From Deltaproteobacteria bacterium (GTDB lineage: Bacteria; Desulfobacterota; Desulfobaccia; Desulfobaccales; 0-14-0-80-60-11): a stretch of 64,000 bases of DNA. The position numbers and the translations under genes were made by a program. The notes beneath the pieces were generated by a model. That model worked only from the letters and a program-made list of their open reading frames with translations. It was not told the origin of the DNA and ran no database searches. Positions 55,059 through 61,938 of the stretch are shown one piece after another. The DNA lies in contig JACQYN010000118.1 in the NCBI GenBank assembly GCA_016208235.1, positions 11,891 through 75,890 of the forward strand, in the 5' to 3' direction. The first letter of the stretch is position 1; the number at the start of each line of letters is the position of its first letter.

Positions 55059-55970
55059 CTACTTCTTCTTGCTGCTGGAGGAACTGGAACTTGACGAGCT
55101 AGAGCTGCTGGAGCTGGAGGAACTGGAGCTGGACTTGCTGGGCGTGCTGGAGGAGCTGGAAGAACTGGGGGTGCTCCTTTGCACCTGCGGCGCCGGCGGC
55201 GGTGTCGGCCGGCTCAAGGTGGGCGGGGACGAGGCCGGACGGGACGGCGGCGGTGTAGGCCGCACCGCGGCAGGCGGCGGGGAGGCCGGGCGACTGGGCG
55301 TAGGTGTAGGTGTGGGCCGCACCGTGGCAGGCGGCGGCGTCGGGGTTGAACGGTAAGTCGAAGTCGACGGGGTCACCATGGAGCGGGGTGGAGTCGCGGG
55401 CGTTGGGCTCTTGGTGCCCGGCGGCGGTGGGGGCGCCGTAGTTTTCAGGCCCTTGGTGGGCTTCGGTTCCTGCTGTTTGATTTTCTGGATCTGCTCCTGC
55501 TGCCTCTTTACAGAATCAGCCTGCTCCTGCTGGGTTTTCTTTTGCCAATCAGAAAATTGCTGAGACTGGGGCTGGGTCTTGGCCGGTTGGGTCTTGGCCG
55601 GTTGAGCCGCGGGGGTCTGGGTTTTGGGCTTAGGAGTGGTGGGTGCCACCTGTTTGCCAGGCGGCACCGGAGGGACCTTTTGGGGTTTTATCGGCACCGG
55701 CTCATTCAAAGTGCTGCCCGGGCCGCCGTCAAAACGTTGCCCTTCATAAGTGCCGGAGCCACCGGGACCCTGGCCGGCAACGCCTTTTAACTGCTGCATG
55801 GCCTTGCCGTCTTGCTTGGGCTGCACCTGCTTTTGCTGCTGTTGTTGGGCTTTCTGTTTCTGTTGGGGGTCGGTGGGTTGACTGCTGCTTTGGGCCAGCG
55901 AGAGTGAATTGCTCATAAATAGCCCTAAAGCCACTGCGAGAGGCACCGCCAGGACTTTACGCCAATTCAT
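55059..55970 (-). CDS. secreted low-complexity Gln/Pro/Thr/Ser-rich protein with C-terminal poly-Ser tract
   Basis: Signal peptide MNWRKVLAVPLAVALGLFMSNSLSLAQS. Q-rich, then P/T-rich repeats (RPTPTPTPSRPASPPP..). Ends SSSSSSSSSSSSSSSSSSSSKKK. A terminator lies downstream. Confidence 0.6.
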   Translation of the reverse strand: MNWRKVLAVPLAVALGLFMSNSLSLAQSSSQPTDPQQKQKAQQQQQKQVQPKQDGKAMQQLKGVAGQGPGGSGTYEGQRFDGGPGSTLNEPVPIKPQKVPPVPPGKQVAPTTPKPKTQTPAAQPAKTQPAKTQPQSQQFSDWQKKTQQEQADSVKRQQEQIQKIKQQEPKPTKGLKTTAPPPPPGTKSPTPATPPRSMVTPSTSTYRSTPTPPPATVRPTPTPTPSRPASPPPAAVRPTPPPSRPASSPPTLSRPTPPPAPQVQRSTPSSSSSSSTPSKSSSSSSSSSSSSSSSSSSSSSKKK

Positions 55971-56160
55971 CAGGCACTCTCCTTTGGGATGAAATTTATC
56001 TTAATCGAAATAATATCGGACGTTATCCAATTTTCCATTAAGGGTCAATTAAAAGGCCTGATTAAATTGATGTTCGAAACATCCAATAATTGCTGATAAA
56101 ATTGATGGAAGGATAAAATGTAAGCGGACACTGCCCGCCAGAATCTCTTTTTTTTTTCAC

Positions 56161-56192
56161 GGAAAACGGAAAACAGAAAACGGGTATTTAAA
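56161..56192. repeat. (GGAAAAC)n array plus GGGTATTTAAA flank forming the leader of the pterin-binding gene
   Basis: ggaaaacggaaaacagaaaacgggtatttaaa followed directly by ATG 56193. Compare with the copA leader. Confidence 0.85.
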
Positions 56193-56954
56193 ATGCTCCT
56201 GGCCGCGGATAATTTGCAGATCTTTAACCCGGTGGTGGCCGCGGCTTTGGAAAAACAAGACCCCCGGCCGCTCCAGGATTTGGCCCGGCGCTGCCGGGAG
56301 GCCGGGGCCGCCATGTTGGACATTAATCCCGGCTTTCTCAGCAAGCGCCACCAGGAGCGCATGGCCTTCATGGTGGAAGCGGTGCAGGAGACGGTGGACC
56401 TGCCCTTGATCCTGGACAGCCCTGACGCCGCGGTCCTGGCTAAGGGCCTGGCCGCCTGTCGCAGTAAACCCACTCTCAACGCCCTGACCCTGGAACCCAA
56501 AAAACTCGAAGAGATCCTCCCCGTGGCCGCGGCCCAGCAGACCGACCTGGTGCTGCTGCTCCTGGATGAACGCTCTTTTCCGGCCCCCACCCTGGAAGGC
56601 AAAATCGCTCTAGCCGTGGAGCTGCGGGAGCGGGCCCTGGCCGCGGGCCTGGCTGCGGAGCAGTTGATTTTCGACCCGGTGCTCCCCAACCTCAGTTGGC
56701 CCGACGCCTGGGAGCAGGTGCGGGAGTGTATCAAAACCGTGCGTCTGCTGGCCGCAGGCGCCATCTTTCCCGAACCCGCGCGCACCATGGCGGGGCTGTC
56801 CAATCTGCGCAGCCACCTGCGCCGGGTTTATCCCCTGGAGGTGGAGGTAACCTGCCTGGGTATGCTGGCGGGCGCGGGCCTTAACATCTTCCTGGCGGAC
56901 GTGCTGCAGCCGGGGTTCAGGGAAGGGATCAAACTTATTCGGGAATTAAGTTGA
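56193..56954 (+). CDS. pterin-binding (DHPS/MeTr-like) domain protein
   Basis: 253 aa TIM-barrel-like pattern (AGAAMLDINPG, LILDSPD, TLNALT) resembling methyltetrahydrofolate:corrinoid methyltransferase / dihydropteroate synthase-like proteins. Confidence 0.65.
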   Translation: MLLAADNLQIFNPVVAAALEKQDPRPLQDLARRCREAGAAMLDINPGFLSKRHQERMAFMVEAVQETVDLPLILDSPDAAVLAKGLAACRSKPTLNALTLEPKKLEEILPVAAAQQTDLVLLLLDERSFPAPTLEGKIALAVELRERALAAGLAAEQLIFDPVLPNLSWPDAWEQVRECIKTVRLLAAGAIFPEPARTMAGLSNLRSHLRRVYPLEVEVTCLGMLAGAGLNIFLADVLQPGFREGIKLIRELS

Positions 56955-57168
56955 TTAAAAAACCTGGCAAGGGGTTGGGGGAGGGGGATAATTGGCGCTG
57001 TTCCCAAAAATTTCACCCCCACCCCAGCCCTCCCCCCTCAAGGGGGAGGGAGTAAGTGCCTTAAAACTAAATAAATTTACTCCAGTGGCGGCACACGGTA
57101 ATAGGCAACTGATAGGGACCGACAGAGAATATGTGTTTCCGGGAAAAGTTGGAGTACCGCTGCCGCCA

Positions 57169-57631
57169 TCAAACCACCTCGGCCCCCAGGACCCGCTGCA
57201 TGTATTTCAGGGCGAACGCGTGGCCTTCGGGGTCGAAGTCGGCCACGCCCTCCCGGTAAACCAGGCGGGGGATGTCCCGGTCGAAGAGTTCCTTCACGGT
57301 TTCCATGACGCAAATGGAAGTGCACACCCCCACGATCTCCACCCGCTCCACCTGCTCCCGTTTAAGGACGGCGTCCATCTCGGTGTTATGGAAACAGCTA
57401 TAGCTGGTCTTTTCCACCCGGTAATCCCCGGGCAGCACCTGGAGTTCGGGAATGATCTCCGCGCCCCGGGTGCCCGACATAAATCACCACCCCGCCTGCG
57501 GCCCGGGTTTCCTCGATCTTCCGGGCCACAAAGGGGATGATCTCCCGGGCTTCAGCCCCCAGGTAAAGGGTCCCCTGGGGCTCCATGAAATCCCGGAGCA
57601 TGTCCGCCACGATCAAGGCCTTTTTCCCCAT
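57169..57631 (-). pseudogene. isochorismatase/nicotinamidase-family cysteine hydrolase, frameshifted with internal deletion
   Basis: Two overlapping ORFs in different frames: 57398..57631 (MGKKALIVADMLRDF...GGVVIYV) and 57169..57480 (..GTRGAEIIPEL..VEKTSYSCF..VGVCTSICV). The junction at ~57470-57490 lacks the ~20 aa normally found between the beta-strand VVIYV and GT.GAEI. Confidence 0.6.
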
Positions 57632-57650
57632 TTAAGCCCTCTTTAATGAC

Positions 57651-57674
57651 GTTTTTGGTTTTTGGTTTTTCGTT
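57651..57674. repeat. (GTTTTTG)n array in the leader of the isochorismatase-family pseudogene
   Basis: gtttttggtttttggtttttcgtt, 20 nt upstream (minus strand) of the start at 57631. Confidence 0.8.
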
Positions 57675-57810
57675 AAATAAATAAGATTGTCAAAAGAAAT
57701 GAGAAGTACCGGGGCGGAACCCGTAGGCCTATTATAAGCACGGCCAAGGACAGGGGCCAGGGGTCGGGGTCCCTTTTATCCGGCTGGTGGCGGTAGGGGT
57801 ATGATCTAAA

Positions 57811-57930
57811 GGCGGGCACGGAGGCCCGCCCCACCATATATGTAGGGGGTTAGGGGAGGGAGTCTGAGGGAGTGGGCAGGGGCCGGTAGCCACAGGCGTC
57901 CCGCCTGTGGTTTCCCTGGCCCCCTCCCTC
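57811..57930. repeat. adjacent palindromes (GGCGGGC family, GGGAGGG/CACAGGCG nested family)
   Basis: ggcgggcacggaggcccgcc, then tgtagggggttaggggagggagtctgagggagtgggcaggggccggtagccacaggcgtcccgcctgtggtttccctggccccctccctc. Confidence 0.85.
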
Positions 57931-57939
57931 AAATTATTT

Positions 57940-58539
57940 TCATACAAACAGGGTAATATCCGCGTCCGCGGCGAAGTCCAGAAACGCGCCGGCCCCGGCG
58001 AATTCCAGGCCGTCCAGCAGGTCTTCTTTTTTGATCCCCAACACGTCCAGAGACATCTGGCAGGCGATGAGGCGCACCCCGTTTTCCTTGGCCATGTCCA
58101 GCAGATCAGGGATGGTGGGCACCCCGCCCTTTTTCATCCAATCCTGCATCATCCAGCTAGCCATGCGGGTCATGCCCGGGAGCACCCCGATGATGTTGGG
58201 CATGGGCACGGGCATGGCCGGGTTGGCCAGGGGCGGCACCTTGAGGTGGGCGGATTTGCTCTTTTTGACGATCTCCAGGCCGTAGAAAGTGAAAAAGATG
58301 GCGGCCTCCATGTCCATGGCCGCGGCGGTGGTGGCCAGGATCAGGGGCGGATAAGCCATGTCCAGGGTGCCTTTGGAGGCGATGAGGGCCACGCGTTTGG
58401 GCCGGGCCGGGTCCAGGCCCAGGCGCTTGAGTTCCCCGGCCACCTGCAGGCGCACCTGTTCGGCAATCAGGGCCTGAAGTTCCGGAGATAAGGCCGGACC
58501 GCCGCCGGAAGCGGTTTGAGGTTCATCGTGATGACTCAT
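57940..58539 (-). CDS. DsrE2/DsrE3-like (DsrE/DsrF/DrsH-like family) sulfur carrier protein
   Basis: 199 aa. VALIASKGTLDMAYPPLILATTAAAMDMEAAIFFTFYG and conserved Cys region RLIACQMS, as in DsrE-like proteins that partner with TusA. Confidence 0.75.
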   Translation of the reverse strand: MSHHDEPQTASGGGPALSPELQALIAEQVRLQVAGELKRLGLDPARPKRVALIASKGTLDMAYPPLILATTAAAMDMEAAIFFTFYGLEIVKKSKSAHLKVPPLANPAMPVPMPNIIGVLPGMTRMASWMMQDWMKKGGVPTIPDLLDMAKENGVRLIACQMSLDVLGIKKEDLLDGLEFAGAGAFLDFAADADITLFV

Positions 58540-58551
58540 GTTTGCTCCTTG

Positions 58552-58725
58552 TTACCACCAGGAGATCACCTGGTCGTGGGTGGTGATTAAATCCAGCAAC
58601 CGGTCATAATCCACCGGCTCTTGATAAAGAAAAAATTCCGCGGCCTCCCGGTCCCGGGAGAGGATGGTTGCCAGTTCCCGGGTAACGGGATCGGGGGGGT
58701 GGCGAAAGACATGGAGAATTTTCAT
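58552..58725 (-). CDS. miniature DsrH/TusB-like protein
   Basis: ATG at 58725 after GAGG. The C-terminus VDYDRLLDLITTHDQVISWW resembles the TusB/DsrH C-terminus (IDY..F..L....(M/I).W). Only ~57 aa. Confidence 0.55.
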   Translation of the reverse strand: MKILHVFRHPPDPVTRELATILSRDREAAEFFLYQEPVDYDRLLDLITTHDQVISWW

Positions 58726-58733
58726 AAGCTGCC

Positions 58734-59018
58734 TCAAAAAGGAATAATAATATCCTGCCCGCGCAGAAGCTCCCCCATCTCCGCCAGGCTTAAGGAGGTG
58801 AAACCGTGCTTTTCCACGTTGGCCGGCTGATTGCTGTAGCGCCGGCCTTCCATTTCGTCCAAAAAACCCAGGTTGTCGGAAAAGGCCTCATCCGGGTGGA
58901 TCTCCTCATCCAGCACCAGGTAACTCACCTCATGGTCCTCCAGAAGGCATCCCAGGCTGGTGCGCAGGGCCTCGTACTGACGTTGGGGCTGGCGCACCAC
59001 TACTGCGACTTTTTTCAT
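58734..59018 (-). CDS. DsrF/TusC-like protein
   Basis: 94 aa. MKKVAVVV N-terminus and C-terminal QDIIIPF resemble TusC/DsrF (..YDVILRF). Confidence 0.6.
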   Translation of the reverse strand: MKKVAVVVRQPQRQYEALRTSLGCLLEDHEVSYLVLDEEIHPDEAFSDNLGFLDEMEGRRYSNQPANVEKHGFTSLSLAEMGELLRGQDIIIPF

Positions 59019-59030
59019 GGTGTTACTCCT

Positions 59031-59348
59031 CTACAGCACCAGGTAATAGGGACAGTCTTCCACCATGGCCGCGTGGCGGGCCTGGGTGGCAAAATCCTTG
59101 AACCCCATGCCCGGCACGTCCCCCTCCAAGCCTAAGGCCCGGAAGCTCACTTCACAAAGGGCCAACCGGGCCCGGCCCGCGAGTTGGGCAAAGCGGGGGT
59201 CCTGGGTGACCAGCACACCCTCGCCGCTGAGAAAGACCTCCACCTTCAGGCCCCTTTTTTCCGCGGCGGCCACCACCCCCAGGAGATGATCCAGGGAACC
59301 CCGGGTAGTCACCATGATGCCTAAGGGTCCGGTCATCTCGGGCCTCAT
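59031..59348 (-). CDS. DsrE/TusD-like protein
   Basis: Start ATG 59348 overlaps the tusA stop as ATGA. 105 aa. The LALCEVSFRALG Cys region resembles the DsrE/TusD active-site Cys context. Confidence 0.65.
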   Translation of the reverse strand: MRPEMTGPLGIMVTTRGSLDHLLGVVAAAEKRGLKVEVFLSGEGVLVTQDPRFAQLAGRARLALCEVSFRALGLEGDVPGMGFKDFATQARHAAMVEDCPYYLVL

Positions 59349-59581
59349 TTCTTCTGGAGAAAGAAGTGGAAGACGCTGCCTTCTTCCTCGTCTCCCAGGT
59401 AAAGGTTGCCGGTGCGGTTGGCCCAAGCGGGGAGATCGTTTTTGGAGCCAGGATCGGTGCCCACTATCTCCAAAATCTCGCCGCTGGCCAATTCCGCCAT
59501 GGCCTTCTTGGTCTTCAGCAGGGGCATGGGGCAGACGTCCCCCCGGCAATCCAGGGTGCGCTGCGGGGTGTATTTGGTCAT
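59345..59581 (-). CDS. tusA: TusA-family sulfurtransferase
   Basis: 78 aa. The LDCRGDVCPMPLLKTKKAM CPxP motif is diagnostic for TusA/SirA. Confidence 0.85.
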   Translation of the reverse strand: MTKYTPQRTLDCRGDVCPMPLLKTKKAMAELASGEILEIVGTDPGSKNDLPAWANRTGNLYLGDEEEGSVFHFFLQKK

Positions 59582-59666
59582 GTCTTGCTCCTTTAAAAAG
59601 TGTTTCTAAGGGAGGTAGCCGGGACGGGCGGGGAAACCCGCGCCCAGGTCCTTTTCCTCCTCCGGC

Positions 59667-59963
59667 TTATTCCTTGCAAAACAGCTCCCGGGTTAGGGAG
59701 ATGAGATCCATAAAGCGGGGGTTGTTCAGGCGGTAGAAGACCTGTTGGGCCGCCCGCCGGGAAGCCACAATCTCCTTGTCTTTCAAGAGATTGAGATGCT
59801 GGGAGATGCTGGATTGAGAAGCCTCCAGCTCTTTTTCCAGCTCCTGTACGGAATATTCCCTCTGGCTGAGGAGGTGAATGATCATCAGCCTTAAGGGGTG
59901 GGCCATGGTCCGTAAACACCGGGCCGCCTTTTCCAGACGTTCGGCTTTATATTTGCTTTTCAT
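59667..59963 (-). CDS. ArsR/SmtB-family transcriptional regulator
   Basis: LRTMAHPLRLMIIHLL..EYSVQELEKELEASQSSISQHLNLLKDKEIV winged-HTH pattern. Confidence 0.9.
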   Translation of the reverse strand: MKSKYKAERLEKAARCLRTMAHPLRLMIIHLLSQREYSVQELEKELEASQSSISQHLNLLKDKEIVASRRAAQQVFYRLNNPRFMDLISLTRELFCKE

Positions 59964-59970
59964 AATATTA

Positions 59971-59986
59971 GAATATAATAATATTC
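59971..59986. promoter_or_regulatory. AT-rich inverted repeat GAATAT-N4-ATATTC adjacent to the arsR start (candidate operator)
   Basis: Perfect 6-4-6 palindrome 8 nt upstream of the arsR-family start codon (59963), in the 210-bp divergent region shared with the radical SAM gene at 60174. Confidence 0.3.
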
Positions 59987-60173
59987 ATATATTTCTCTTT
60001 GTCAAGAAAATATCCAGAAACTGCAAAAATTTTCCCCCGGCTTCGAAGCCTTTGGATATAATGAAACAATTCATCACGCACTATTTTTGATAAATTTCAG
60101 AAACTTCGCCCAGAATTCCTCCGGGAAGTTCGCCCATATTGACAATCCTGGTCCCTGATCCAAAAATATTTTC

Positions 60174-61412
60174 ATGATTTCTCCAAACCTTCAGGATAAC
60201 TGCACGCCGGCCCTAGACGGGGAAAATTTTTTCTTTGAGATGGGCCCCATCCGCCCCCCCAGCGAAGGCAGCGACCATTCCCTGCTGATCCGCACCACCA
60301 GGAACTGCAGTTGGAACCGGTGTGAGTTTTGCGGCACCTACCGGGGGGAAAAATTCAGTTACCGGCCGGTGGCGGAGATTAAGAAAGATATCGAGGTGGC
60401 CCGGACTCTGTATGAGGAATTGCAAGCCGTTGCCGCCCGGGGTGGGGTCCGGGAGATCAGTTCCCAGGCAGTGCGCTCTCTCTGGGCCGGCAACCCCCGG
60501 CGTTATGGGGAAAGTGCCGGGAATCTGACCCTTAAATGGCAAAATCTCCACAACGTCGCTAACTGGCTCCATGCCGGGGCCAAAACCGTGTTTCTCCAGG
60601 ACGCGGACGCCTTAATCATGCGCACCCCGGATTTACTGGAGGTTATCACCTATCTGCGCGCGGCCTTCCCCACGGTGGCGCGGGTCACCGCGTATGCCCG
60701 CTCCCAGAGTTGTTACCGCAAGTCATTGGAAGAATTAAGTGAATTACGCCAGGCGGGCCTGCTGCGGTTGCACGTGGGTCTGGAATCCGGCTGCGACGCG
60801 GTGCTCAAACGGATGAAAAAAGGAGTCTCCGCCCGGAAACAAGTGGAAGGCGGCCAAAAGGTGGTGGCCGCGGGCATCTCGCTGTGCGAATACCTCATGC
60901 CCGGCCTGGGGGGCAAGGATTTTTCCGAGAGGCATGCCCTGGACAGCGCCGCGGTGTTGACCGCCATCAACCCGGCTTTCATCCGCCTGCGCAGTTTGGC
61001 CCTGCGCCGCCATTCCCCCCTGTTGGCCCAAAGCAAGGAGGGACTCTTCACCGAACTCTCCGAAGACGGCGTAGTGGCGGAGATTGCCTTGCTGATCGCC
61101 AACTTGCATTGCCACTCGTATCTGGTCTCCGACCAGATGTCCAACCTGCTGTATGGCGTAGAAGGGCAACTGCCCCAGGATAAAGAGAAAATATTGCAGG
61201 TGATCGACGATTATTTACAAAAACCGGAGTCGGAGAGATTGGCTTTCCGGCTGCGGCAGCGCCGGCGGTCTTTCCTGGCGGTTTACGGCTCTCTTCCCGA
61301 ACCCCTGGAAGAAAAGGCCGAATTAGCCTGGGACGCCCTCCGCCGGGAATCCCCCGAAGCCCGGGAACGGGTGGACGCCGCTATTGCTGCGCTCAAGGAG
61401 GGTTTTGTTTGA
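60174..61412 (+). CDS. radical SAM-like protein with CX4CX2C cluster motif
   Basis: 412 aa. GPIRPPSEG..SLLIRTTRNCSWNRCEFCGTY, read directly from codons tgc agt tgg aac cgg tgt gag ttt tgc at ~60306-60332. TIM-barrel-like remainder. The start (60174 or 60240) is uncertain. Confidence 0.75.
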   Translation: MISPNLQDNCTPALDGENFFFEMGPIRPPSEGSDHSLLIRTTRNCSWNRCEFCGTYRGEKFSYRPVAEIKKDIEVARTLYEELQAVAARGGVREISSQAVRSLWAGNPRRYGESAGNLTLKWQNLHNVANWLHAGAKTVFLQDADALIMRTPDLLEVITYLRAAFPTVARVTAYARSQSCYRKSLEELSELRQAGLLRLHVGLESGCDAVLKRMKKGVSARKQVEGGQKVVAAGISLCEYLMPGLGGKDFSERHALDSAAVLTAINPAFIRLRSLALRRHSPLLAQSKEGLFTELSEDGVVAEIALLIANLHCHSYLVSDQMSNLLYGVEGQLPQDKEKILQVIDDYLQKPESERLAFRLRQRRRSFLAVYGSLPEPLEEKAELAWDALRRESPEARERVDAAIAALKEGFV

Positions 61413-61448
61413 TTTTTCTGGTCGTGTGGAGGGAGGAGCAGGGGTACT

Positions 61449-61787
61449 AAGCTGTCAGCTATCATCTGTCAGCTTAAAAGAATATGGAGTTTGATTGTAA
61501 ATTGAGACCTCTGCGAAAGCCTACTCAGCTGTCATTCTGAGGGAGCGGAGCGACCGAAGAATCTCGTTTTTGGCAGTACAGCTTTTCCAGATGGTGCCGA
61601 TGATTCCACCCAGATTGGAAATCCTGGGCGCTAAAATACGAGATTCTTCACTCCGCTTCGCTCCGTTCAGAATGACATTTTAAAGACTTTCGCAGAGGTC
61701 TCAAATTGAGATAAACCAGGATTCCGATCTTAATTTCAAATCTTGCTTTAAAAAAAGCTGAAAGCTGACTGCTGAAAGCTGTAAGCT
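61449..61787. repeat. composite nested palindrome, copy I-c (largest)
   Basis: (CAGCTRT)n arms 61449-61475 / 61755-61787. GAGACCTCTGCGAAAG 61504-19 pairs with CTTTCGCAGAGGTCTC 61687-702. The core GTCATTCTGA...CAGAATGAC at 61531-61676 has an enlarged loop. Confidence 0.9.
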
Positions 61788-61806
61788 ATTTATTAGAGGT
61801 CCACGC

Positions 61807-61938
61807 ATGCCCAAAAAAGCGATCTGGCTGGTGATCATTTTTACCGCCCTCTTCATTCTGGGGATCAATACCGGAGACCTGGAGTACCTCATGAACCTGG
61901 GCAACACCATCTGCCTGTCCTGCATCGGAGTGGGTTGA
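61807..61938 (+). CDS. 43-aa membrane protein with C-terminal CXXC (not in ORF track)
   Basis: My translation: MPKKAIWLVIIFTALFILGINTGDLEYLMNLGNTICLSCIGVG. AGAGG at 61795-99 lies 7 nt upstream of the ATG. The stop TGA 61936-38 overlaps the ATG (61938) of the next gene. Confidence 0.5.
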   Translation: MPKKAIWLVIIFTALFILGINTGDLEYLMNLGNTICLSCIGVG

